DNA from: Octopus sinensis
Taxonomy: Eukaryota
DNA: 64,000 bases
Assembly (NCBI RefSeq): GCF_006345805.1
Contig: NC_043011.1
Coordinates: 41,552,464-41,616,463 of the forward strand
Reading direction: 5' to 3'
The position numbers and the translations under genes are program-made. Under the pieces are notes generated by a model. That model made no database searches and had not been told where the DNA came from. It saw nothing but the letters and a program-made list of their open reading frames with translations. Positions 39,043-50,470 of the stretch are shown one piece after another (position 1 is the first letter of the stretch; every line of letters begins with the position of its first letter).

Positions 39043-39459
39043 GGATCTTTTCGGTTTGAACGGCAGTTTTTTCTAGCGGTGTCATATGAAATTGTCACCC
39101 ATAATTATGACCCTCGTATCGATCTATTGCATTTCAATGTTTTAGGGTTAGGGGTGGTGGGGAGGGTATCTTTTTCTTCTTCACAAATGTAAATAAACAC
39201 AATCTGTTTCTTAAACGAGGGACATATTCATACGGCACAGAATGTTTTTTTTTTTTTACCTCAATAGACGTCATTCATTGGTTGAAATTGCAGAAATTGA
39301 AGGAAAAAACAACAAATATCTTACAAATTATAGAATTTTCTCAATAAAGCCAAGAGAAAAAGATGTTTTATAAACACATTCTAACAGTATACGAAGTTTA
39401 AAAGTGTTTAGTTACGTGGAAATTATTTTAAAAAACTGCCGTTCAAACCGAAAAGATCC
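39043..39459 (+). mobile_element. MITE copy 2
   Basis: Same TIR and body. TSD tttccctt at 39035-39042 and 39460-39467. Confidence 0.92.
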
Positions 39460-40241
39460 TTTCCCTTTACTTCTCTCAGTGGCATAGAGACATCCAGTCT
39501 ATTTCTTACTCAATCTGCAAATTGTCTCTCTCTCCCCCTCTCTCTTTCTCACCTATAGACTTCTTTCTCTCTCTCTCTCCTACAAATGGTTTCTCTGCCT
39601 ATCTCTGTCGTTCAATATGTGTCCCATACTTTTTGCCCCTCTTATATCAACCGTATTGCTCTCTTTACAATCTACTTCTCTCTGTTGTACAAATTTCTCC
39701 AGCTCTCTCTCTCTCCCTCTCTCTCTCACGGATAAACATACGCCCCCCACTATTTGTCTCTCTCTCTCTCTTTCACCTCAAGCAAACGTGGTAGCTCTTA
39801 CAGAGTTACTTAACCTGCTAGAAAGAGAAGACAAATCCTTAAATTCTTTCTATCATCTTTAAAATAAAAGTCACATTAGATGAGGTAGTCCTAGATACAC
39901 CTTTAAAAAGACGAGATGGCCATGTTTGGAATACCTTTGATCATCATAGGCCTTGTCAATCGGCTTTGACACGGAGTTAAACAGTAACCATTCACACCCC
40001 AACCATTCTATACCTCCACGTCACATGATACCCCTTACACACACCTACACACACAAAGCCACATACATTATACACATACAAACTCATTTATACACACACG
40101 CACACTTGCAGAACACATTTAACTAAGGGACATTACTCTGTATGCCATGATCAGTTTAATTGATGTAAAATCCGATCAAAGCCTTGATTCGGAAGACGCA
40201 AACTTGTAAGAATATTATTCAATATTTCACGCAAATTTCAG

Positions 40242-40295
40242 AATTTGTTGGTGCATCCAACCTACTATTTGCTAGAAAAGGGGAAAATAAAATTC
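40242..40295 (+). CDS. Weak candidate 54-nt symmetric exon
   Basis: Acceptor atttcacgcaaatttcag|, donor C|gtatgt. Open as xFVGASNLLFARKGENKIx or NLLVHPTYYLLEKGKIKF. Confidence 0.25.
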
Positions 40296-40319
40296 GTATG
40301 TATTTGGTTTGCAAGGTTC

Positions 40320-40728
40320 GGATCTTTTCGGTTTGAACGGCAGTTTTTAACATAATTTCTAGGTAACTAAAAAATTTTAAACTTCGTATACTGGTAGAAT
40401 GTGTTTATAAAACATCTTTTTCTCTTGGCTTTGAGAAAATTCTATGGTTTGTAAGATATTTGTTGTTTTTTTTCTTCAATTTCTACAATTTCAACCAATC
40501 AATGACGTCCATTGAGGTAAAAAAAACATTCTGTGCCGTATGAATATGTCCCTCATTTAAGAAACAGTCTGGGTTTATTTACATTTCTGAAGAAAAAAAG
40601 ATACCCTCCCCCCACCCCTAACTCGAAAACAGATTGTAACGCAATAGATTGATACTTGGGTCATAATTATGGGTGACAATTTCATATGACACCGCTAGAA
40701 AAAACTGCCGTTCAAACCAAAATGATCC
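40320..40728 (-). mobile_element. MITE copy 3, inverted orientation
   Basis: Body is the reverse complement of copy 2. TSD caaggttc at 40312-40319 and 40729-40736. Confidence 0.92.
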
Positions 40729-41044
40729 CAAGGTTCTTTATGTGAATTCGTGTGTTGAAGCGCCTTATTATTTAACACATTCTGGACAGTCAACGACTAT
40801 TGAAGAGATTGCAAGACGCAACGAAAATTTTAGAAAAAATAAATAGATGAGTGTAAACCGAACCAGTGAGTGTGTTAAGTAATAAGGCACTAAAAGAGAA
40901 TGATTCTCCCCTGACACAGTAAACATTCGTATGTCCATACACAAAATAAAATTCCTAAAATGTCTGTATGACAAAAACGAAAAAGATAAAAAGTTACCTA
41001 TTTCACTATGAACACATGCACGCATTTTAATATATATCGCCATC

Positions 41045-41310
41045 CTCATCATTTAACGTCCGTTTTCCATGCTGGCATGGGTGGGACGGTTTGACAAGCT
41101 GGCCAGCTGAAGAGCTGCCCAGACTCCGTTGGCTTGGTTCTAACAGCTGGATGTCCTTCCTAACAGCAACCGCTTTACTGAGGGTACTGGGTGCTTTTAC
41201 GAGGCACCAGTACCTACAAGATTGGGATCACTCAGCTGGAGAGGAATGTAGGGAACATGCTTGTATGCAAGGACAACCTCGATTTTAATTAGCTTCACGT
41301 GTCTTTTCAA
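41045..41310 (-). mobile_element. Family-D (RTE-type) 3' end
   Basis: catcatttaacgtccgttttccatgctggcatggg...gatgtccttcctaacagcaacc. Confidence 0.8.
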
Positions 41311-41564
41311 GCACAACACACACACACACATTCGTTTACCCCAACCAGTCTTTGAACCCTCTTCATACTGTGGCACCACGTTCAGAATGACTTCAGTATT
41401 CATTTTAATCTTGGTACTTATTTTAACGATTTCTAAGTTAAGGGGGCCCAAACAAATTAATACCAGTTGCAGAGTGGTGAAATATAAATACACACACACA
41501 CGTGCACTTGTGCGCATGTTTATGCTTGCCTGTCTGTCTCTCTCTATCTCTATTTTTGTATATG

Positions 41565-41596
<32 letters not shown>

Positions 41597-41598
41597 AC

Positions 41599-41649
<51 letters not shown>

Positions 41650-41652
<3 letters not shown>

Positions 41653-41982
41653 ATAAAACGGTAAGATAACAAAAGAAAGAAAGAGACCTCAATATTATGT
41701 AAATAGAGGAAATTTATCTATACAATATGTTACATTACTCGGTAGTCAAGATAAAACTCTGAGTTTCAGATGCCGAAGTGGAAATCCACAACACCATCTC
41801 TTCGGTTATCTGGCTATTTGAAAACGTTAAGAAAAAATCTTTTTGAAAAATCGTTATGAAAAGATTTTTTCATAACGTTTTCAAATAGCCAGATAACCGA
41901 AGAGATGGTGTTGTGGATTTCCACTTCGGCATCTGAAACTCAGAGTTTTATCTTGACTACCGAGTAATGTAACATATTGTAT

Positions 41983-41987
<5 letters not shown>
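41650..41987. mobile_element. Penelope-like terminal fragment containing a perfect 115-bp inverted repeat, between (TA)n tracts
   Basis: 41715-41829 is the exact reverse complement of 41873-41987. Pairing extends inward with one mismatch to a ~15-nt loop. Confidence 0.85.
41891..41953 (+). ncRNA. Hammerhead-like motif (variant core); mirror copy on - strand at 41749-41811
   Basis: Helix I AGAUAA/UUAUCU; core CCGAAGA (U4 to C); helix II GAUG/CAUC with an extra U; GAAA; helix III CUC-A-GAG; triplet GUU. Confidence 0.5.
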
Positions 41988-42026
<39 letters not shown>

Positions 42027-42728
42027 TATATATATATAAAAACAGCAGTTTAGTTCAAAGCAATTTGTGCATCATACTTAAAGCACAATAAACTGTGTAG
42101 AAGTGCAATGGCCCAGTGGTTAGGGCAACAGACTCGCGGTTGTAGGATTGCAGTGTTGATTCCCAGACCGGGCATTGTGAGTGTTTATTGAGCAAAAACA
42201 CCTAAAGCTCCACGAGGCTCCGGCAGGGGGTGGTGGTGAACCCTGCTGTACACTTTGACCACATCTTTCTCACTGTTTCTTCCTGTTTCTGTTGTACCTA
42301 TATTTCAAAGGACCAGTCTTATCACATTCTGTGTCACTGAATCTCCCTGAGAACTACATTAAGGGTGCACGTGTCTGTGGAGTGCTTAGCCACTTGCATG
42401 TTAATTTTGCAAGCAGGCTGTTCCATTGATCGGATCAACTGGAACCCTCGTCATCGTAGCCAATGTAGTGCCATGATAATAAACTGCAGCATTCGTCCTG
42501 TGATATTATTTCTTATAAACTTGTAATGTTTAAAAAAAACCAAACAAAATATCTTAGTAGCTAAATGTGCATTTCTGTTTCATTAAGCTTCATCAGCTGC
42601 AAGTATTCACTGACAACTGTATGCGAAGAGAAAATCAGCTGCTTCTGATATAGTAAAATAATGATCTGAAAACCAATGTTTATATATGCATATATATGTA
42701 TATATGATATATATCCACACACACACAC

Positions 42729-42758
<30 letters not shown>

Positions 42759-42759
<1 letters not shown>

Positions 42760-42892
42760 AATATTATATAATATAATTCGAGACAAAACCACTATTTTAA
42801 AACCAAACAAGAACATTTTATGTATTGATTAAGTCTTTCCTTGTTTGGTTTTAAAATAGTGGTTTTGTCTCGAATTATATTATATAATATTT
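42759..42892. repeat. Perfect 53-bp inverted repeat with 28-nt spacer
   Basis: 42759-42811 is the exact reverse complement of 42840-42892. Confidence 0.9.
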
Positions 42893-42987
42893 TACTATAA
42901 ATTGGATTTAACCCTAAATCTGATTTTTCCCTGTAATTTTGGATTCATTCCCTAATATTTATTATTATATATATAAATATATATACA

Positions 42988-43396
42988 CTAGCAGCTAAGC
43001 CCGGTTTCACACGGTCTGTTTGGATGATGTGGCTGTGATCGTTTTCAATTAGGTATAATCTATAACAGTGTTTCTCAGCCTTATCATTTTGGGTCCCCTG
43101 TTTCAATTGGAGCCTCCAACTGTATGAAAATTTCCTGACCCCACCCCGTCAGAAAACAGCTTCTAAGTAACTGGTTGTTTTAATGGCGAAAGAAAGAGGG
43201 GAATTCCATTAGAAAAGTTTTAATCGATTTTCTCAGTAAGTATGGGGGCTAGGAAAAAAATGCAAACTACATTCTAATCTATGCACCCGTCTCCTCATAT
43301 GTGCCATTTTTCACGCGAATCCACCCAGCCATTTGGCTGTGAACCTCAAGACAAGAAAGAATACAATGATCGTCCATGTCCAATTTATATTATAGA
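42988..43396 (-). mobile_element. Non-autonomous Helitron-like element
   Basis: On the - strand: A|TCTATAATATAAATT... 5' end and ...ccgtgtgaaaccgggcttagctgCTAG|T 3' end. No TSD. Confidence 0.55.
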
Positions 43397-43703
43397 TAAA
43401 GGAAAATATGACAAGGTAGAAAATGCTAAAATAATTTTATCATGAAGAACATTATAGTTCATGATAAAATTATTTAGCATTTTCTACCTTCTTATTTTCC
43501 TTATACATATCAACACGTGTGTTCCTTTTCAACCTTCTACATACACACACACACACACATACAATGGGCCTTATTAGTTTCCACATGTCAAATTTACTCA
43601 AAAAACATTGGTCAATCTGGGACTGTAGGAGACCCTTGCCCAAAATGTTATGCAGTTGGGATTGAACCTAAAGCCATGTAGTTGTAAAATATGCCTGCAC
43701 TGT

Positions 43704-43738
<35 letters not shown>

Positions 43739-44179
43739 GTTGAATATAAAAACAAAGAGGGATTAATGAGTTAGCAGTGAGTTTCTTGCAACTTTGATGA
43801 GGTTAGAAGCATATGCTTTCTTCTTTCTTTTTTTCTGGTTGATTGACAGTGAATAGATTGATTCATGAAATTAATCTATGGAACTAAAAAAATCCCTCCA
43901 ATTGTTTATCTAAAACAGTTGGTAGCTCTCAATAAATGTATGAGAGCTACCATTTTGTGTGTGTGTGTGTGTGTGTGTATGTGTGTGAAATTAGTGACTT
44001 GTAAGAAAATTACTTAATTTCAGAAAATATTTCTTTTGTTTTTTTCTTTTTTCACGTAAAAGTATATTGTTAATAAAAATATATTCAGTATTACATAATA
44101 AATAACAAAATCAGCAGAAACACTAAAAAAAATTCCAAGAATTAATTCATTTCATAGTAAATTCAATCTTCAAATTGTA

Positions 44180-44464
44180 GCTGTGATACCAGTGCCGGTG
44201 GCACGTAAGAGAACCATCTGAACGTGGCCGTTGCCAGCGCCGCCCAGACTGGCCTCCGTGCCGGTGGCACATAAAAAGCACCATCCGATTGTGGCCGTTG
44301 CCAGCCTCGTCTGGCACCTGTGGCGGTGGCACATAAAAAGCACCCCCTACACTGCCAGATCAGACTGGGCCTGGTGCAACTTTCTGGCTTCCCAGACCCC
44401 ATTTGAACCGTCCAACCCATGCTAGCATGGAAAGCGGACGTTAAACGACGACGATGATGATGAT
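44180..44464 (+). mobile_element. Family-D (RTE-type) 3' end with internal repeats
   Basis: gtgccggtggcacgtaa units, ...ggaaagcggacgttaaacgacgacgatgatgat tail. Confidence 0.85.
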
Positions 44465-44577
44465 AAAAGAGTTGACAACTATGGACATGTTTCTTAGTTA
44501 TTGGACCTCATCAGGAAGCCATATTTATTCCAGTCTGTTTTGCAGGGAAAGAAATATAAAAAGACTTGGTCAGTAGT

Positions 44578-44716
44578 AATTTGCATAATTACAAAGAATA
44601 AACTAATGGGAAATAACTCCAACTTCGACAATAGTATGAACTGTTGGTGATGCATGTCAATGACGATGTACTTGAGTTATTTCCCTTAGCTAACCTTTTT
44701 TTTTTAATTATGCAAA
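44578..44716. mobile_element. Small MITE
   Basis: taatttgcataatta...gggaaataactc / gagttatttccc...taattatgcaaatta inverted ends. Confidence 0.65.
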
Positions 44717-45609
44717 TTATGTTGGCTCCAGAATTTGTTTTTCTCTTTGTTACAACTTTTTTGTCTCTCTATCTCTCTGCACTGGACACAAATGCTTAGC
44801 TGATAAGGTCTTATAAAGAAGAAACATGTTCATAGCGATATCCCCTGCAACTAAGCATTCAGTTTTCCTCTAAGTTTGAAAATATACTTCACTCTGAAAT
44901 TAATTTCTTATTCTTGAAATCATGTCTCCCTTTTCCCAGTGTCACCAACACTTGTCGTTAGGTATTTGTTTTCTTTCTCCAACAGAAACAACTGTCTGGA
45001 TTTCTTTACATTCATGACATAAACACTTATGCATACGTGTGATCAAGATGAAACTAGGTAGAAAGGGCAATGTGTGTTTGCTGGTGAAATTACCTGTGAC
45101 TAGCATAGTAATTAGTAATTTAGCTGTTGTCACCTGTAAGACACAGCATCAGATCAAGGTATGATGAACCCTTTAAGTTAATCTGTTTGGGGTTTGTCGT
45201 TATGTGAATGAATGAATATCTTTCACTTGTTTCAATCATTGGACTGCAGCCATGCTGTGGCGCCACCTTCAGTGGTTCAGTCGAATTAAATCACCCACAG
45301 TCCTTATTTTTATGATGAAGTCTGGTACTTAATCTATCAGTGCCGTTTTTGTTGAGCCACTATGTTATGTGGACATAAACGAACTAACAGCGGTTGCAAT
45401 GTGGTGGTGGGAAAGAAACAGATACACACACACCTCTAAAATTGTCAAGAAGGCCAAGGGTATCTTGCATCACACTGCAAGACCTTTGTCAGCCGCTCTC
45501 TAGCTATCTATTTAAGGCTGTATATGGCTATGGTGTGGCCACACTCGAAATTTGTATCACCACTCTGGAACCCCTATCTTACTCAGGACATTGATCTCCT
45601 GGAAACTGT

Positions 45610-45960
45610 TCAGAGGCGTGCAACCAAATGAATACCCTCCATGAGGCATCTACCATACTCTGAACACCTTGCTTCCCTGGGCATGGACACATTGAAGTTC
45701 CAATGTCTGGCAACTGACCTAGTAAACACCCACAAAATCATTACCCATTGTGCCAACAACCACCTTGAGCACCTTTTTGAGCTCCATGTGTCTAACACAT
45801 GTGGGTATGCCTACAAAGTCAAAAAACAGAACAGCTCCCATGACTTTCAGAAACACTTATTCACACTCAGCGTTGCTGAAGCATAGAACAAACTACCTGC
45901 ATCAGTTGTTAGTTGCTGAGACACTGCATCCTTTAAAACCTCCATGCTTTCTGAAAATTG
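45610..45960 (+). mobile_element. CR1/L2-type LINE ORF2 3' fragment
   Basis: MRHLPYSEHLASLGMDTLKFQCLATDLVNTHKII, corresponding to the YEERL..LG..TL..RR...DLI..YKI motif. Confidence 0.8.
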
Positions 45961-46249
45961 CCAACACTACACCTGATATCCTCACCCTCTCCATACACAT
46001 GCACACATGTATATCATGACTCATACACTGTTCACTTTTCTGACTTTTGTACATAATTCTATGTACTGCACATGCACTTTTAATGAGTGGTAGTGCACCT
46101 GAGCACTATACACAATAATTTCATTCATTATTATTATTATTGTTATATCTGAGTCTGATGAGCTAAGTTCTTGTAACAAGCCTACAGAGCTTTAAGTTGC
46201 ATGAGGCCGAATCAAACTGTTTGAAATAATAATAATAATAATAATAATC

Positions 46250-46960
46250 CTCTCTACTATAGGCACAAGGTCTAAAATTTGTGGGGAGAGGGATAGTTGA
46301 TTACATCGACACCGGTACTTAACTAGTACTTAATTTATCAACCCCAATAGGATGAAAGGCAAAGTCAACCTCAGCAGAATTTGAACTCAGAATGTAGTGA
46401 TGGATGATATACCGCTATGCATTTTGCTTGGTGTGCTAATGATTCTGCCAGCTTGCCACCTTAATAATAATAATAATAATAAAGGTTTTAAATTTTGTCA
46501 CAAGAACAGCCATTCTGGGGGAGGGGATGTGTCAATGACATTGACCCCAGTGTTCAACCGGTACTTAATTTATCGACCCCAAAAGGATGAAAGGCAAAGA
46601 CAGACAAAATACCACTAAGCATTTCATCCTGTGTATTAACGATTCTGCCAGCTCGCCACCATAATAATAGTAATACTAATAATCATCATCATTGTGGTTT
46701 AATGTCTGCTCTCCATGCTGGCAAAGGTTAGACGGTTTGATGTGGAGCTAGCTAGCAGAGAGCTGTCCAAACTCCAGCAGTCTGTTGTGGCATGGTTTCT
46801 ACGACTGGATGCCCTTCCGAATGCCTATCACTCAGCAGAGTGTTCTGGGTGCTCTTTACGTGCCACCAGCACAGGTGCTTTTCAAGTGGCCCCAGCACCT
46901 GTAAAAGGACCAGCCTGTATGTGTGGCAGACAGGGATTTTACTTAGCTTGATGCATCTTA
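46250..46960 (-). mobile_element. Two family-A SINEs (46250-46460, 46490-46660) and a family-D end (46690-46960)
   Basis: Consensus motifs separated by (AAT)n. Confidence 0.8.
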
Positions 46961-47372
46961 TCAAATATAGCAAATTACATCTCCTGGTTCAATAATAATA
47001 ATGATAATAATAGTAATAATAATAATAATAATAATAATCTTAGCTGAGCAGACATTTGATTCTTGTATTCCAGTCATGACCCTCTTACCTGTCTTTGTTT
47101 TTATATATTTTTTATCATTTCAAGACACGCTATGTCTGGAACTACTTTGTGTTTTCCTGTTTTTAAGATGCTAGGGTGTGATGTGAGGGAATTTTGGGTG
47201 CTATTTCTAGCAGATGTAGTGACACAGTAGAGGTACTCTTGGAGAAGATGATTGAGATTCTGGGGTTGTCAGTGGTGATAAGTTGTTTAAATTTTATTCT
47301 ATAAAGAGAAATATGGTCACATTTTTTTTTATAAATGTTAGACTATTTTTTAGAATTAGGTTTAATCTTTAA

Positions 47373-47591
47373 CCCTTTCATTACCAACTTGCTGAAACCA
47401 GCTTTGGCTCTGAATACAAATATCTTGTTTTCATAAGTTCTGAATTCAAATCTTCCACCAAACCTTAGTCACAATTTATGTTCTTAACACTAGCTGAATG
47501 ATAACTAAGTTATTTTATTAAATTCTTTGTTATATTTAAAGTAATTGAAAGAAACACAGAGCATCTCAAAATAAATAGAGTAACGAAAGAG
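47373..47591. mobile_element. piggyBac-like MITE with TTAA flanks
   Basis: TTAA|ccctttcattacc ... gtaacgaaagag|TTAA. Confidence 0.75.
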
Positions 47592-47914
47592 TTAAGTAAT
47601 TCTTTGTTTTACACTCTTGGAAGGAGAAGAGAGAACTATTTTGTCTTGTAGAGGACAAAACAACCTCTCTGGTGCTGGTGCTAGCATAAAATCCATTCAG
47701 TCCTCTCTGTAAAGTTGTTGGTATTAAGAAGGGCACCTAGCTATGGAAACAATGTCAGAAATGTAAAAGAGCCTAGAAATTTGGCAGAAGGTGTTAATCA
47801 GATACATTGACCCCAGAACATGACTGGTACTTTGTTTTATCAACCCCAAAAGTGTGGATGATAAAGTCGACTTTGGTGGTATTTAAACTTGGATCATAGA
47901 GCCATGACATAGTG

Positions 47915-48388
47915 GCCGATGACAGTACCGCCTGATTGGCACTCATGCCAGTGGAACGTTAAAAGCACATCCAAGCGTGATCGTTACCAGGGCTACAGAT
48001 TGGCCCCCGTGCCAGTGACACGTAAAAAGCACCATTCAAGCGCGATTGTTGTCAGCGTCGCCTTACCAGTACATATGATGGTGGCACGTGTAAAACAACA
48101 TTCAAGCATGGTCGTTGCCAGTGCTGCCAGATTGGCTCCCATGCAGGTAACATGTAAAAAACACTTTTTGAGCATGGTTGTTGCCAGAGCCGCCTGACTG
48201 ACCCACATGCTGGTGGTACATAAGAGCACCCACTACACTCTCGGAGTGGCTGGCATTAGGAAGGGCATCCAACTGTAGAAACTTTGCCAGCTCAGATTGA
48301 GCCTGGTGCAGCCGTCTGGCTCACCAGCCCTCAGTAAAACCATCCAACCCATGCCAGCATGGAAAGCGGACGTTAAATGATGATGATA
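47915..48388 (+). mobile_element. Family-D (RTE-type) 3' end with four internal ~65-bp units
   Basis: Units start near 47973, 48038, 48104 and 48171. (GAT)n tail. Confidence 0.85.
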
Positions 48389-48499
48389 GCGTAGCGCTTT
48401 ATCCACTGCACTAATAAGTCTGCCAACTTGAGGGCAATAATACCAAATAATAACTGACTTGAACTGTGACAACCCATCAAACTCACACCAGTATAGAAG

Positions 48500-48960
48500 T
48501 TGATCTTAAATCAATGATGGAACCCTCGTCTTGTCCTGAATATCGATCTGTTGGAACCTGGCCAGACATGTGCAACCAGGTGAATAACCTCTGTTAGTCA
48601 CTTAAAATATGGTGAATGTATTGCTTCTTTGAGCATTGACACACTAAAATTTCTGCATCTAGTAGCTGACTTAACAGATATCCACAAGATTATCCATCTT
48701 TCAAACAACAACAACAACAACAACAACTCTGGCCACCTTTTTAAATTTGATATCTCTACAACTCATGGACATGCTTACAAAAATAATTAAAAAAAAAACA
48801 AAAACCACCACAGCAAATGAGTTTTGCAAACAGTTTTTCACATTTAGATTTGTCAAAGCCTGGAATAAACTAACTCTCAGGCTACTTCAATCTTCAAAAG
48901 ATCTCAGCTTCCCAAATTCACCTAATCCCCCTTTTCCTCTCTAAGACTCTTTTACTGTTC
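48500..48960 (+). mobile_element. CR1/L2-type LINE 3' fragment
   Basis: HLKYGECIASLSIDTLK..DIHKIIH and FFTFRFVKAWNKL. Confidence 0.75.
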
Positions 48961-49203
48961 ACTTTTCTCTCTTTTTGTGTTTTATACAAGTACTTTTGGC
49001 TTTCATTTCTGGCTTTCTTTACTTGATTTGTAAGTCTGCTTTCTGTTCCCTCTTTTACCATTTTCTGTTGAATTGTAGTGAACCTGAGTCCTGCATACAA
49101 TAAGCTCATTATTATTATCATCATCATATTTGAGGCAGATTTGGCTACTGTTTCTACCAGGTCAAACCACCCTGTAGAGGTTTCTCTTAGCTCATACATA
49201 TTA

Positions 49204-49562
49204 TCTCTATATATATAAACGGCAAAATGTCTGTCTGTGTGTGTGTGTGCATGTCCGTTATACAAATCCACAATTTTTCAGTTAGAGCGCTCGCACTTTC
49301 TATGGTCATTCAAAACCGTCCAAGGGTGGTCGTGCACATCTTTACATTTCCCCAGTCACCCCGCAAAGCCATTAAAAAATCAATAGAAGTGACTTTTTTT
49401 GGTGAATTTTCTATCTAAAACCCTATCAAAATGCCCAAAACTTGATACACCAATTGAATGCCGGCTAGCTGTATGTGATTGGTCGGAGATTTGGACAGTA
49501 GTCGCGTGTATGTGCACACGCACACAGCTGTATATGCATGCACTAGCACTATGACCCGGCAA
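49204..49562 (+). mobile_element. Helitron-like element, 3'-truncated
   Basis: 5' A|TCTCTATATATATAAACGGCAAAATGTCTGTCTG. Ends in actagcactatgacccggcaac, probably the 5' arm of the terminal hairpin. Confidence 0.5.
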
Positions 49563-49869
49563 CAGATAAGAGAGTAGGGCTTACCCACATTGGTTGAGAG
49601 CTGGTCAGGACACTGCATCCTTCAAGAATTCCCTGCTTCCCAAAATACACCATTACTATTCCTGACTTTCCTTTTCTACTCTTTCCTCTTTATGGCTCTT
49701 TTCTGTTTTTTATTTTTTTTATTTTGTGCACTGTACATGTAATTCTAGCTTTCATTGCTGTCTTTCTCTGTTTCGCTTACATGACTTCCTTTTTTCTCCC
49801 CTCTTTTATCTTTTCTGATGAATTGTTGTATACCAGCATATTTCATATAATAACATTATTATTATTATG

Positions 49870-50470
49870 GAAGTGAGTTTACAGAATCATTAGCGCTCTG
49901 GACAAAATGCTTAATATTTTGCCCATCACTATGTTCTGAGTTCAAATTTCGCTGAGATTGACTTTGCCTTTCATCCTTTTGGGATTGATAAATTAAGTGC
50001 CAGTGAAACACTGGGGTTGATGTAATCGACCTAATCCCTTCCCCCAAATGTGAGGCCCTGTGCCTATAGTAGAAAAAATTATTATTATGAAAAAATTATT
50101 ATTATGGCATTAGGAAGGGCATCCAGCCGTAGAAACACTGCCAGATTTGACTGGGCCTGATGAAGCCTTCTGGTTTCACAGACCCCAGTAGAACCGTCCA
50201 ACCCATGCTAGCATGGAAAACGGACGCTAAACGACGATGATGATGATGATGATGATGAAGGTAGCAAGCAGGCAGAAACGTTAGCATACCGGGCAAAATA
50301 CTTCATGGCATTTCACTTGTTGCTATGTTCTGAGTTCAAATTCTGCCAAGGTCGACTTTGCCTTTCATCCTTTCGGGGGTCAGTGAAATAAGTACCACTG
50401 ATACACTGGGGTTAATGCAATCAACTAGTCCCTTCCCTGAAATCTCAGGCCTTGTGCCTTTAGTAGAAAG
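49870..50470. mobile_element. Family-A SINEs (+, 49870-50075 and 50258-50470) flanking a family-D 3' fragment (+, 50105-50257)
   Basis: Consensus motifs. The family-D fragment reads ggcattaggaagggcatccagccg...ggaaaacggacgctaaacgacgatgatg. Confidence 0.8.

Noticed and set aside
39782-39862. + strand terminal-exon-like frame ANVVALTELLNLLEREDKSLNSFYHL*
   Set aside because: The pyrimidine tract is a (CT)n microsatellite and the frame is only 26 codons, with no corroborating evidence.
42570-42600. - strand CUGAUGA…GAAAC as a hammerhead
   Set aside because: No helix II pairing and no NUH triplet or helix III. Similar isolated CUGANGA hits at 14880, 38852, 46154, 54026 and 60697 also lack the other elements.
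44920-45165. Cluster of + strand splice-like signals
   Set aside because: Several mutually incompatible short exons can be drawn (one implying a 24-nt intron), which is expected by chance in AT-rich DNA.
49542-49562. Apparently inverted Helitron 3' end
   Set aside because: More simply the 5' arm of a terminal hairpin whose 3' arm was lost. It cannot be distinguished without the family consensus.
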